Shown here: one piece after another, positions 41,277-50,529 of the stretch
Layout of the letters: the number at the start of each line of letters is the position of its first letter
Position numbering within the stretch: position 1 is the stretch's first letter
Source of the DNA: Thermacetogenium sp. UBA5472
GTDB lineage: Bacteria; Bacillota; DSM-12270; Thermacetogeniales; Thermacetogeniaceae
Reading direction: 5' to 3'
DNA: 64,000 nucleotides
Assembly: GCA_002426495.1 (NCBI GenBank)
Contig: DIQC01000089.1
Coordinates: 28,728 to 92,727, forward strand
Position numbers and translations under genes: made by a program
The notes under the pieces: model-generated
Seen by the model: the letters and a program-made list of their open reading frames with translations, nothing else
Told to the model about the DNA's origin: nothing
The model's database searches: none

Positions 41277-43475
41277 TTAATTCTCACCTCTGGCTTTGTC
41301 CTGTAGCTCCATCTCTATCTCGGCATCTTGATACCAAGGATATCTACCCCTGATATAAAGTGCACCAATCTTTTCAGAATCGTCACAGATAAGATAGTGC
41401 ACTTCACGCAGCAGTTCTGACCCTGTATAGGGCTTTGCTAAAAAGCGATATTCCTGCTGCTGCGCTTTGCTTATACCTGTCCTGGTTTCGGGATATCCGC
41501 TCACCAAGAGCACTTTCAGTTCTGGCTTTCTTTCCTGGAGCTTCCAGACAAGATCAACACCCCTTTCATCAGGCAATATAAGATCACTTACCACTAGGTC
41601 AAAATCGCCCTTATTGCGCTCAAAAAGATCTAATGCTTCGCTTGCTTTCCTGCACATAGATACGGCATACCCGTTTTCCAACAGCACTTTCCCTGTCAAA
41701 GTCATCACATCTTGGTCATCCTCAACCAGAAGGATCTTTTCCCCTTTCCCACAGAAACGTTCCGTATCTGCACTTTGTATCCTAGACAGGGGCATGTAGG
41801 AGATGTCGTTTGCCGCTGGAAGATATATATTAAAAGTACTGCCCTCTCCCGGCTCACTCTGCACATCAATCCAACCTCTGTGCGCCTCAATGATACTATA
41901 GGCCACCGCCAATCCGAGCCCTGTACCCTTTCCCGGCTCCTTAGTTGTAAACAAGGGCTTAAATATCTGCGAAATGATACTGTCAGCGATGCCTGTGCCG
42001 GTATCGCTGATAGCTACACAGACAACTTGATGGGAGGGATCCTCCTCCTCGATTACGACATTTTTTGTCTTGATAGTAATAGTGCCCCCCAGAGGCATGG
42101 CATCCCTGGCATTCAGTATCAGGTTAATGATCACCTGTTCTATATTAGCTGCATCTGCATTGATCATCCAAAGATCTTCAGCAAGTTCAAAATGAACTGT
42201 CACATCCTCTCCGATCATCTGACTGAACACTTTACGTAGTTCCCTCAGGTTCTGATTGATGTCTACAGGCTCTCTTGACTGCTCTTTCTGCGTGGTTAAC
42301 AGCATCAACTGGCGGTTTATCTGAGATGCTTTCTCAACAGCCTTACCTATCTTAGAGCGCATAAAATTCAATGAATCATCCCTGATATAGAGATCTAATG
42401 ATGCTTGAATAACGGTTAGTTGGTTGTTTATTTCATGTGCTAACCCACTAGCAAGCTGCCCAATAGCCTCCATCTTCTGTGCACAATAAAGCTGTTGGTG
42501 AACAGTCTCTTGAGCCCTCTTGTGATCAGTAATATCACAAAAAGTCCCTAAGATAACCAGCTTGTCCTTAATTATAGCAGCCCCGTAGCTGAAACTAATC
42601 CATTTTTGCTGCCCCCCCCTGGACAGGATTTCTATTTCCCTTCTTGTCAAATCTATTTGATCTCCTACTGCATCTCTCTGTAAAGAATCCCGGTAATCGG
42701 GGTGAACAAGTTCCCATAGATTCATCTTTAATAAGTCGTCCTCGCTGTATCCAGTGATTTTTTCCGCTTCTGTATTCGCATAGCATATTCTGTCACCCTG
42801 AATAATACAAATCCCACAAGAGGCATTCTCCGTAAGCACACGAAACTTCTCTTCACTATCCCGCAAGGCCTGTTCCGTTTTTTTGTGTTGGACAGTTTCG
42901 ACCATCTCCCACCGGCCGTCTCTTTTTAATAGAGCAAACTGATGGCTGTTGACCACATCAATAACATCGGACGCCCTGCAGCGGGGGAGAGCAAAGGAAC
43001 ACAAGATAATCATCTGCTGTTGTTCGCTCATCTCGTTGAGAACAGCTTCATATTCCATAAAACTCACCCAATCCTTCTGTTCTAACCATGCCGTATCGCC
43101 TGATACCCGCAAGCCATCATATCCCTGAGAGATGGCATACTCCATTTTCATAATCCAGTCATTGAACAAACTTTGCAAATGCAACTTCCCATCGCGGCAG
43201 TACCATTCGGTGTACGGAACAATCTCTATCTGGCCATTAGCAAGATAATGATCAAAATTGGGAATAACACTAGCCGCTGCTCCCCTTACCTCCTGTTCAT
43301 CAAGAGGGTCTGATGCAACCCACACACAAAACTCATTGCTCTCCAGGCCTGCTGTGAAATATGGCATAAGCATGGCTAACAAATCCTGCCTTGTCTGGTA
43401 AAAATTGCAGAAGTGAGTGCCCCACGGAACATCGCCGATAATGTCTATACCAGACCTTCTGAGATTCCTTCTCAT
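41277..43475 (-). CDS. Hybrid sensor histidine kinase: MEDS-PAS-HisKA-HATPase-REC
   Basis: N-terminal SGIDIIGDVPWGTHFCNFY...GYDGLRVSGD (MEDS), PAS, AHEINN H-box, NLILNARDA, DTGTG, GTGLGL, receiver VEDD...SD...K. Confidence 0.9.
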   Translation of the reverse strand: MRRNLRRSGIDIIGDVPWGTHFCNFYQTRQDLLAMLMPYFTAGLESNEFCVWVASDPLDEQEVRGAAASVIPNFDHYLANGQIEIVPYTEWYCRDGKLHLQSLFNDWIMKMEYAISQGYDGLRVSGDTAWLEQKDWVSFMEYEAVLNEMSEQQQMIILCSFALPRCRASDVIDVVNSHQFALLKRDGRWEMVETVQHKKTEQALRDSEEKFRVLTENASCGICIIQGDRICYANTEAEKITGYSEDDLLKMNLWELVHPDYRDSLQRDAVGDQIDLTRREIEILSRGGQQKWISFSYGAAIIKDKLVILGTFCDITDHKRAQETVHQQLYCAQKMEAIGQLASGLAHEINNQLTVIQASLDLYIRDDSLNFMRSKIGKAVEKASQINRQLMLLTTQKEQSREPVDINQNLRELRKVFSQMIGEDVTVHFELAEDLWMINADAANIEQVIINLILNARDAMPLGGTITIKTKNVVIEEEDPSHQVVCVAISDTGTGIADSIISQIFKPLFTTKEPGKGTGLGLAVAYSIIEAHRGWIDVQSEPGEGSTFNIYLPAANDISYMPLSRIQSADTERFCGKGEKILLVEDDQDVMTLTGKVLLENGYAVSMCRKASEALDLFERNKGDFDLVVSDLILPDERGVDLVWKLQERKPELKVLLVSGYPETRTGISKAQQQEYRFLAKPYTGSELLREVHYLICDDSEKIGALYIRGRYPWYQDAEIEMELQDKARGEN

Positions 43476-43817
43476 CCAATGCTCCCCCTTATTCTGTTGA
43501 TAAAACCATACGATCCTCCCAATTGATTATTATAACTCCGATTAAAAACCCTACCCCTATATACAGTAAATACATATATTCTCTTTGGCTTCCAAAATTA
43601 CCTCTGATGAAAATAATTGAAATCAGTCGAATTTTGATCAAATATTGCGTTTATTCGGTATTTTCTTTGCCATATTAAGTATATTATCTCTTTCCTCTGG
43701 ATTACCATATAATGATAGGCAACAGGAATAATCATTAGTTTTTGTTATAACAGAGCAGGGATGAACAGTGGAGGAGACTAAGCTCTGACAGCAGACGCCA
43801 TCAAATATTATGGGATC

Positions 43818-43850
43818 AAAAATGACTTCCATACTATACTGGAAGTCATT
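43818..43850 (-). terminator. Terminator of the DUF134-nifX pair
   Basis: AATGACTTCCA-N8-TGGAAGTCATT with a T-run on the minus strand. Confidence 0.7.
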
Positions 43851-43884
43851 AAAGCAAGCGTCTGACAATTATAAGCTTTTTAGA

Positions 43885-44253
43885 TTAACAACCATGTCCA
43901 TGGTGGTCATGATCTCCACAGCCGCAGATCCCTATATTTGCAGTTTCCAAAGTGCCATTCAGGTAATCAGATGCAACTTTCGCTGCCTCTCCCGAAGCTC
44001 CTGTCAGTACTTCAAACCCCATAGCCTGTAGAGCTTTGATCATCGGTTGTCCGATACCTCCGGTGATTACAACATCGACACCTTGAGACTTCAAAAGTCC
44101 GGCAAGACCCTCATGGTTATGGCAGAGGTCTTCGTTAGAGACAATTTTGCTGCCTGCAACCTTGTTCCCTTCTGCCTCGAAAATGATAAACTCCTTGCTC
44201 TGGCCGAAATGTGGGTTAACCATACCCTCTTTATAGGGAATAGCAATTTTCAT
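43885..44253 (-). CDS. NifB/NifX-family (MTH1175-like) protein with Cys/His-rich tail
   Basis: MKIAIP, HFGQS..F, VDVVITGGIG, tail CGCGDHDHHGHGC. Confidence 0.88.
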   Translation of the reverse strand: MKIAIPYKEGMVNPHFGQSKEFIIFEAEGNKVAGSKIVSNEDLCHNHEGLAGLLKSQGVDVVITGGIGQPMIKALQAMGFEVLTGASGEAAKVASDYLNGTLETANIGICGCGDHDHHGHGC

Positions 44254-44291
44254 TTCTTTTACCTCCTTATGTAAATGATTGCTAAGCCACG

Positions 44292-44828
44292 CTATTGATC
44301 TTCATTCTGTTGTGAATCGTCAGGTTTTTCCTTATCTTCAGTTGAAACGCTGCTATCTTGCTGCCGGCAGCTTCCCTTTACAGCAGGCTGCCTCCCGAAA
44401 CTATGTCTTCTATGGGAATGAATACCTTGCACAGGTTTTTTACCACATCCGGGGCAGCACAGTTCTCTCTCCTCTTGCTCTCCATAACGGGACGCGGTAA
44501 ATCTACTGCCACAAGTACACTTAAACAATCTTTCTGAAGACATGACATACTCTCCACCCTCAATGCGGAGGGCATTTCCTTTGACAAACGCTTCAGCAAT
44601 TTTAGACCTGGCAGAATATAGAATGCGTTGAAAGGTAGTTCGGGCGATACCCATCCGTTCCGCACACTGCACCTGTTCCAATCTATCCAGATCCTTCAGG
44701 CGAAGGGCTTCAAATTCTTCCACAGAAAGAGCAATTTCATCCAGTTCCCGAAGAGGAATACCGGCAGGCTTGTAATATGTTGCCGGGGGTAAAAACTCTA
44801 CCCGGCATTTTCTCCTTTTTCTCGGCAT
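44292..44828 (-). CDS. DUF134 (UPF0251) HTH protein with C-terminal Zn ribbon
   Basis: MPRKRRKCRV, EFEALRLKD, CAERMGIARTTF, FKCTCG...CCPGCG. Confidence 0.88.
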   Translation of the reverse strand: MPRKRRKCRVEFLPPATYYKPAGIPLRELDEIALSVEEFEALRLKDLDRLEQVQCAERMGIARTTFQRILYSARSKIAEAFVKGNALRIEGGEYVMSSERLFKCTCGSRFTASRYGEQEERELCCPGCGKKPVQGIHSHRRHSFGRQPAVKGSCRQQDSSVSTEDKEKPDDSQQNEDQ

Positions 44829-44907
44829 GTTGCTCCCCCCCTGTAGCAGTCAATGCTCTATATTCATAGAAAGAAGTCGGATTGGCAGATCCCGAATTCC
44901 CCTTTGA

Positions 44908-44917
44908 GGCATATGCC
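44908..44917. promoter_or_regulatory. Perfect palindrome, candidate DUF134 operator
   Basis: GGCATATGCC about 80 nt upstream of the DUF134 start. Confidence 0.4.
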
Positions 44918-44957
44918 CTTTGAATATTTTAACACATTCTAATAAAAAAAACAAGTA

Positions 44958-44984
44958 ATGCACTGGGGACGGTTCCCCTTGCAT
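44958..44984. repeat. REP-like hairpin, conserved-loop family
   Basis: ATGCA-CTGGGGACGGTTCCCCT-TGCAT. Confidence 0.65.
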
Positions 44985-44994
44985 ACAGTTTTCC

Positions 44995-45051
44995 TCAAAA
45001 CAAGCCGGTCCAAATCGTTATTAGTAGCAGAAATTTATTGCGTTCCTTCAT
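44995..45051 (-). pseudogene. 18-codon micro-ORF or truncated gene remnant (MKERNKFLLLITIWTGLF)
   Basis: Strong SD GGAGGGGG then ATG at 45051, TGA at 44995, immediately followed by the REP-like hairpin. Confidence 0.45.
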
Positions 45052-45207
45052 CTTGTCCCCCTCCCTTAGTAAATATTATTTATGTTAGCCTAATACTAAA
45101 TTAGTAAACCATATTCCCATAATGTTATATAATAGAAATCTTATCCTTGTAAATCGTAAATTTTTGTCTTACAATACTAGTTAAATTATTCCTTGGGGGT
45201 AACAATA

Positions 45208-45924
45208 TTGCGTCTTGGTGCGGCTCAGATGTTCATCACAAATGATCTGGATACTAATATTGAAACTGTATTAAAGATCACAAAGGATGCAGCCCGCAAG
45301 GGCGTTGATCTGCTTGTGTTTCCTGAAATGTGCCTAAATGGCTACAACTCTAAACTTTTGGCTCGAAAAGATTTCAGCGATGACCTGAATAGGGCATTGG
45401 ATAAAATATCACAGCAGTCGACCGAGCTTAATCTCGGCCTCATTTTGGGAAGAGCTATTTTCGCTAATAAGAAACTATACAATGCTGCTACAGTAATTCT
45501 TCCCGATGGAACAACCCATACCTATTATAAAAACAACCTCACCTCTGCAGAGGACAAATATTTCTCCCCAGGAAGTGAACCCCTCACCTTTACATATCAA
45601 GGATGCAGATTCGGTGTCATCATCTGCCGTGACCAAAACCACCCTAACCTGGTGCGGGAAACCTGCAAAAATGTCGATGCTCTCTTTATACTCTCTGCCC
45701 ACTACTACAAACCGCTAGAGGCCCGCTGGAAAGTGGACAAAAACAGAGCTCTTCCCATAGCCAGAGCAGTAGAAAACCACTGCTATGTCTGCCTGGCCAA
45801 TGCCGTAGGTAGCCATATCGGTATAATCAGCCTGGGAAACAGCCTGATTGCTGATCCAGAAGGTGCCTTGGTGGTTTTGGCTGATGAAAGCTCTGAAACG
45901 ATCATCACCTGTGATACAAAATAG
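45208..45924 (+). CDS. Carbon-nitrogen hydrolase (nitrilase superfamily)
   Basis: Catalytic triad motifs VFPE, YYK and IICRD; TTG start behind a GGGGGT SD. Confidence 0.9.
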   Translation: MRLGAAQMFITNDLDTNIETVLKITKDAARKGVDLLVFPEMCLNGYNSKLLARKDFSDDLNRALDKISQQSTELNLGLILGRAIFANKKLYNAATVILPDGTTHTYYKNNLTSAEDKYFSPGSEPLTFTYQGCRFGVIICRDQNHPNLVRETCKNVDALFILSAHYYKPLEARWKVDKNRALPIARAVENHCYVCLANAVGSHIGIISLGNSLIADPEGALVVLADESSETIITCDTK

Positions 45925-45953
45925 ATGTCTGAGGCCGGATGTCAGATGTCGGA
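45924..45953 (+). repeat. Heptamer repeat, family B, at convergent gene ends
   Basis: GATGTCT GAGGCCG GATGTCA GATGTCG GA. Confidence 0.65.
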
Positions 45954-46262
45954 TAACAGTTCAGCTATAGCACCGGAAATCTTCTCAAAAGACAGTCCGC
46001 CGTGGAACCTGGGCTGCCCGTTTAATAGGGTTAGAGGCAGGCGATACTGATTCGTCACCTTCACAACCTCCGGAAAATCCATAATTTCCTCACTAAGCGC
46101 ATCCACATAGCGAAACCTGACCTGGTTACCGAACTTTTCTATTAATGCCTTTTCCAGCATCTCTGCCGCATCTCGCTGCGAACAGGTATGTCCACAGCCA
46201 CAGCCGCAATCGCACTCCCCGGTTTGTTCTTCATCTTTACCAAAGACAGTCACATCCACCAC
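45942..46262 (-). CDS. Thioredoxin-like small protein (YuzD/DUF1462-like) with CxCGCGCG motif
   Basis: VTVFG...CDCGCGCGHTC...FRYVD...LPLTLLNGQPRFHG. Confidence 0.65.
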   Translation of the reverse strand: MVDVTVFGKDEEQTGECDCGCGCGHTCSQRDAAEMLEKALIEKFGNQVRFRYVDALSEEIMDFPEVVKVTNQYRLPLTLLNGQPRFHGGLSFEKISGAIAELLSDI

Positions 46263-46482
46263 TTTTTATCCCCCCATTTTTATTATGGTCTGCATTCCCT
46301 ATTGCAGACCATAATATTGCTTTAAAAACATAGTGAGCTATATAATAATATTTCTCAATTAATTGCCTATATCCTTTATCGGTGCATATCAAACTACACA
46401 ATTTTTTTATCTCTGGTAGGGATTCCTCAACAAATAGTCGAACATATAAGATCAAACAAGGATGAATAAGGAGATGTGACCT

Positions 46483-46731
46483 ATGGAAGCTATTGATGTC
46501 ATAGTTATCGCTATCATATCTGCACTATTAACAGGATTTATCTATTATAGAAAAAACAATAGAATAACCAAAATAAAAAGGCGATATATGGAATTGGCAC
46601 ATCAAAGCCCTGAAAATGCTGAAAAATCATTAGAACTGCAGCTAAGCAATTATCGAAAGAAACACCCGAAAAAAGCAGAGGAATGGTACCTGGAAAAAAT
46701 CATCGAAGACTTGGAAAATGATAGGCGCTGA
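46483..46731 (+). CDS. Small membrane-anchored hypothetical protein
   Basis: AGGAG SD, N-terminal TM helix, C-terminal WYLEKIIEDLENDRR. Confidence 0.75.
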   Translation: MEAIDVIVIAIISALLTGFIYYRKNNRITKIKRRYMELAHQSPENAEKSLELQLSNYRKKHPKKAEEWYLEKIIEDLENDRR

Positions 46732-46746
46732 ACAATTGCAGCATTT

Positions 46747-46783
46747 AAAAAAAAGAGGCGGTAGCTTTGGCCAGCGCCTCTTT
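46747..46783. terminator. Terminator between convergent genes
   Basis: AAAGAGGCG-N14-CGCCTCTTT with flanking A and T runs. Confidence 0.7.
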
Positions 46784-46831
46784 CACTTACTTTCACTTAC
46801 CCTACTTGAACAATACTTTACCTTTTAGCAA

Positions 46832-47128
46832 CTACCAACGTGATTTGCTATCCTGAAAACATTCTTTGCAATAAACAGGCCTGTCTGAAGACGGACGGAA
46901 GGGTACTTCTGCTTCCCGGCCGCATTTAGCACAGGTTGTCTTGAACATCTCACGTGGGCGTCGATCCGAACCACGACCGCTCCGCTGCTGCTTCTTGGCA
47001 GCTCTGCATGAAGGACAGCGCGCAGGCTCATTTTCAAAGCCTTTAGATGCGTAAAACTCTTGTTCGTTAGCAGAGAAAACAAACTCTTCTCCGCAGTCCC
47101 TGCAGGTCAGGGTTTTGTCCTGGTACAT
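46832..47128 (-). CDS. Zinc-ribbon protein with CxxC-x17-CxxC domain
   Basis: MYQDKTLTCRDCG..F.FS..EQEFY...P.RCPSCR; CAKCG...PFRP...PVYCKECF. Confidence 0.93.
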   Translation of the reverse strand: MYQDKTLTCRDCGEEFVFSANEQEFYASKGFENEPARCPSCRAAKKQQRSGRGSDRRPREMFKTTCAKCGREAEVPFRPSSDRPVYCKECFQDSKSRW

Positions 47129-47388
47129 ACTAAAACCTCCTTCTCAAGGATTCTTAATTGGGTGGCATTGAGAGGCAGAGGTTTTAGGATGACCCTATTT
47201 TCCTGGTTCTCAAGCCAAATCAATTAGATTGTCCTTTATGTATAGCACACTTAACTTAATTTTACAACCATTTTTTTAGTAAAATTTTTTCGTATATACT
47301 GTCGTAAATCAGCGATAATGTCATGGTATGGCTACCTAACCTTTGCTGTGCTGCTGACCCTCCTGTCAAAGATAACAAAAAAAGAAAA

Positions 47389-47421
47389 GGTGACAATATA
47401 GGAACGTCCCCATTTGTCACC
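47389..47421 (-). terminator. Hairpin after tRNA-Thr with a REP-family loop
   Basis: Minus strand GGTGACAA-ATGGGGACGTTCCTATA-TTGTCACC then TTTTCTTTTTTT. Confidence 0.65.
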
Positions 47422-47425
47422 CTGT

Positions 47426-47501
47426 TGGAGCTGATGGTCGGATTTGAACCGACGACCTGCTCATTACGAGTGAGCTGCTCTGCCAACTGAGCTACATCAG
47501 C
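47426..47501 (-). tRNA. tRNA-Thr (anticodon CGT)
   Basis: GCTGATGTAGCTCAGTTGGCAGAGCAGCTCACTCGTAATGAGCAGGTCGTCGGTTCAAATCCGACCATCAGCTCCA: 76-nt cloverleaf, TTC loop, encoded CCA. Confidence 0.98.
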
Positions 47502-47568
47502 ATTGTAATTTTCTACAGATATTATAACAGCAGAATACGCCATCTGACAAGAGGAAGCAGAGGGAGGC

Positions 47569-47979
47569 TCAAACATCATTGCCCTCTCGAGACATCCCTT
47601 GCTCTACACACATGCAATCCGCCAGATCATCGCGAATGCTTGTTTCTGTCAATTTAACCCTGGAACGATATGCACAGCGGCAAATCATATGGGCTGAAAC
47701 TGGTGCAGTAAGGAATACAAAGAAAATCCCCAATAATAATTTAGTACTAAAATGTTGTTCTTCTATTATGAAAAAAAGAAAAGTTCCTAATAAAATAAAC
47801 AGAACCCCCAGGGTAGCACTTTTTGATGATGCGTGGGCACGGGTGTATAAATCTGGCAAGCGTATTAATCCAATGGCACTAATAAAGCTGAAAATTGCAC
47901 CGATCAGAATAATAACAACGGTGAGCCCCTTAATCAGATTTCCGATCAATTGCATAACCCCTTTCGATAAATCTGGCAA
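47569..47979 (-). CDS. mnhG: Mrp/Mnh Na+/H+ antiporter subunit G
   Basis: GLIRLPDLYTRAHASSKSATLG, FLTAPVSAH. Confidence 0.95.
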   Translation of the reverse strand: MPDLSKGVMQLIGNLIKGLTVVIILIGAIFSFISAIGLIRLPDLYTRAHASSKSATLGVLFILLGTFLFFIIEEQHFSTKLLLGIFFVFLTAPVSAHMICRCAYRSRVKLTETSIRDDLADCMCVEQGMSREGNDV

Positions 47980-48208
47980 AAGCTACCGTACTGATGAAAG
48001 AAAGAATTCCAATCAATAAAATCACTTCGAAGAAAGCAGTGCTTCTGATAAAAATCGTGAAAATAGCAGTTGTTGAGATTATAAGAAAACCCAGCATATC
48101 TAAGGCTTGAACTCTATCTGGCACTGAAGGGCCCCGGACAAGGCGAAATACTGTGGCTAAAATAGAAAGCACGATTAACAATAAAGACAATTTTAAAATA
48201 GCTTCCAT
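47930..48208 (-). CDS. mnhF: Mrp/Mnh antiporter subunit F
   Basis: RLVRGPSVPDRVQALD, FISTVAFARF. Confidence 0.95.
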   Translation of the reverse strand: MEAILKLSLLLIVLSILATVFRLVRGPSVPDRVQALDMLGFLIISTTAIFTIFIRSTAFFEVILLIGILSFISTVAFARFIERGYAIDRKSD

Positions 48209-48687
48209 TATTTTCGAGTCACCCTCCTTATCTTTTCTTCAAATCTCAACTTGGATTTATTAACAGAATCAAATGATTCAGGAAGATCCATCCCATGTAT
48301 ATAAAGACATTTATGATCAGGGGAGATTTCCAGCACCACCGAGCCGGGGGTTAAAGTAATCAGCATGGCTAGTAGTGTAACCTCTACATCATGCTCTAAA
48401 TCCGTTTCCAGCATAAATATGCCAGGAGTTAAATTAAGCCGAGGCTGCAGAATTTGTTTCGCAACTACGATACCGGACATTAATAATTCCTGTAGAAATA
48501 CCAGCAACAAGTCAATTATTTTGAGAATGGGAATCGGGTAAAATTCACTGTCCATATAGCGCCGCACCAGAAACAGGATGAATAATCCGACTAAGTAACC
48601 GGCAGAAAATGTTAACCAGCTCCAACTATCCTGCAGTAACATCCATAATATAGCAATAAATAAATTAACTAAAACTTGCCCAGGCAT
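48208..48687 (-). CDS. mnhE: Mrp/Mnh antiporter subunit E
   Basis: QVLVNLFIAILW, LITLTPGSV, LYIHG. Confidence 0.95.
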   Translation of the reverse strand: MPGQVLVNLFIAILWMLLQDSWSWLTFSAGYLVGLFILFLVRRYMDSEFYPIPILKIIDLLLVFLQELLMSGIVVAKQILQPRLNLTPGIFMLETDLEHDVEVTLLAMLITLTPGSVVLEISPDHKCLYIHGMDLPESFDSVNKSKLRFEEKIRRVTRK

Positions 48688-48707
48688 TAATCACACCCCC
48701 ATTCTGT

Positions 48708-50198
48708 CTAAGGTATGGGATTGCTTCCCAAAACAGCCCCGATATATATACCTGGATCTAACAAGCCCTTAGCTGCCAATTCCACATATTGATAAATCCC
48801 TTCGGCACCAAGCCCGAGCAGGAACGTTAAAGCGGCTAGGATACCGATGGGAAAGAGCAGGCCCCTGGTGCTGCCCTTCTCCATTTCCGGGGTTAACTCA
48901 GTATTTCCCCAGAAGCAATTCATAAAAATCTTCATCAGCGAATACAAGGCCATCAGGCTGGTCAGGAGCCCTATCCCACCTAACCAGAAATAATCAGCTT
49001 GGAATGTACCCCCGGTGATCAAGACTTTACCGACAAAACCGCTTAAAGGGGGAATCCCTGCCAAAGATAAGGTGCCAATGAAGAACATCCAACCCAATTG
49101 CGGATGCAGTTGAATAAGTCCGCTGATCTCTCTGATTTTGCTGGTACCGGTAACATAGATAACAGTACCACCTGCCAGGAAAATTAAGGCTTTCACAAGC
49201 ATATCATGGACTATATAGTATACAGAACCAGTCAGGCCTATCTGGTTAAAGGAAGCAAAACCTGCCAGGATCAATCCTATGCTTATAATAACATTATAAG
49301 TTAAAATTCGTTTAATATCCCAATAAGCAACAGCTCCTATGGCTCCTAGCAGCATAGAAATGCCGGCCAATATTCCAATCAGCGAATGAGTGATTTGCGG
49401 GTCATGGTAAAAGATAAGTGAGAAGATGCGAATGATGGCATAAGCTCCTACTTTAGTTAACAGAGCAGCGAAAATTGCCCCAATTACTGCAGGTGGTGCG
49501 CTATATGAGCCAGGCAGCCAATAAAAGAGCAGCAGCCCCGCTTTTATGCTAAAAACGATTAAAAAGAGTATAGATACCGGGATCAGAAGCCCCACCTGCC
49601 CTGCCTCTGCCACCCGGGCAGAAAGATGCGCCATATTTAAGGAGCCTAGCATCCCATATAAATAGGCAATGGATACGAGAAACAAAAAGGAGGAAATTAA
49701 ATTAACCAAGATGTACTTAAATGATTCCCGCAGTTGCAGCTTCGTTCCACCTAAGGAGATCAGCACATATGAAGCAACCAGCATAACTTCAAAACAAACA
49801 AATAAGTTAAAAATATCGCCAGTTAAAAATGAACCATTAACCCCAGTCAGCAGGAACAAGACCAGGGGATAAAAGTATTTTAGTTCCCTCTCCCGGCCGA
49901 TAGAAGCGAAAGCATATAACAGGCAACAGGAAACGACAATACCGGTGGTCAATACCAGTATTGCGGAAAGCATATCTGCTACCAAACTAATGCCGAATGG
50001 AGCCTCCCAATTGCCTAATTGTAAAATCTGCGGGCCATCGATTGCCACCTGGTTCATCAATAGGATTGCCACCACACTGATGGACAGAGTTGCCAGCAAA
50101 CTCAGCAAACGATGAAGGCGTATTTGACGGTTGAAGATAGCCAATACCAAGCCTGTAATAAGCGGAATAATAATAGGCAGTACTACTAAATTATTCAT
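48708..50198 (-). CDS. mnhD: Mrp/Mnh antiporter subunit D
   Basis: FLTGDIFNLFVCFEVML, WLPGSY, LLTKVG, LAGIPPLSGF. Confidence 0.96.
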   Translation of the reverse strand: MNNLVVLPIIIPLITGLVLAIFNRQIRLHRLLSLLATLSISVVAILLMNQVAIDGPQILQLGNWEAPFGISLVADMLSAILVLTTGIVVSCCLLYAFASIGRERELKYFYPLVLFLLTGVNGSFLTGDIFNLFVCFEVMLVASYVLISLGGTKLQLRESFKYILVNLISSFLFLVSIAYLYGMLGSLNMAHLSARVAEAGQVGLLIPVSILFLIVFSIKAGLLLFYWLPGSYSAPPAVIGAIFAALLTKVGAYAIIRIFSLIFYHDPQITHSLIGILAGISMLLGAIGAVAYWDIKRILTYNVIISIGLILAGFASFNQIGLTGSVYYIVHDMLVKALIFLAGGTVIYVTGTSKIREISGLIQLHPQLGWMFFIGTLSLAGIPPLSGFVGKVLITGGTFQADYFWLGGIGLLTSLMALYSLMKIFMNCFWGNTELTPEMEKGSTRGLLFPIGILAALTFLLGLGAEGIYQYVELAAKGLLDPGIYIGAVLGSNPIP

Positions 50199-50529
50199 CT
50201 TCCTTACCTCTCAATTCCTCCATATCATCTGTGCCTAGTTCCTGATAAGCACGATAACTCAGCACCAGAATAAGAGCGGTGGTAGCAAAATTAATTACAA
50301 TGGCGGTCAGCAGTAGTGCTTGGGGCAATGGATCGGTAAAACTGAGCGCTTCTTGCCCCAATATGGGAGGAGCCCCTGTTTTCAGCCCTCCCATGGTTAG
50401 TATCAGCAAATTAACGGCATATCCGATAATAGAGGTGCCTAAAATAATTCTTAAGATCCTCTTAGATAAAATCAAATATGTTCCTATGGCAAACAGCAAC
50501 CCGACTAAAATGGACATTAAGGTTTCCAT
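50191..50529 (-). CDS. mnhC: Mrp/Mnh antiporter subunit C
   Basis: DPLPQALLLTAIVI. Confidence 0.96.
   Translation of the reverse strand: METLMSILVGLLFAIGTYLILSKRILRIILGTSIIGYAVNLLILTMGGLKTGAPPILGQEALSFTDPLPQALLLTAIVINFATTALILVLSYRAYQELGTDDMEELRGKEDE

Noticed and set aside
43750-43800. Glycine- or SAM-riboswitch-like purine-rich words (GGATGAAC...GGAGGAGAC)
   Set aside because: Downstream conserved blocks and a regulated gene are missing.
43638-43868. 76-aa Cys-rich minus-strand ORF
   Set aside because: No SD and it runs through the nifX terminator hairpin.
41000-47501. Genomic island integrated at tRNA-Thr
   Set aside because: No integrase, and no duplicated tRNA 3' end (att site) was found by eye in the window.
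47262-47579. 105-aa ORF in the track
   Set aside because: Overlaps tRNA-Thr and its terminator; spurious.
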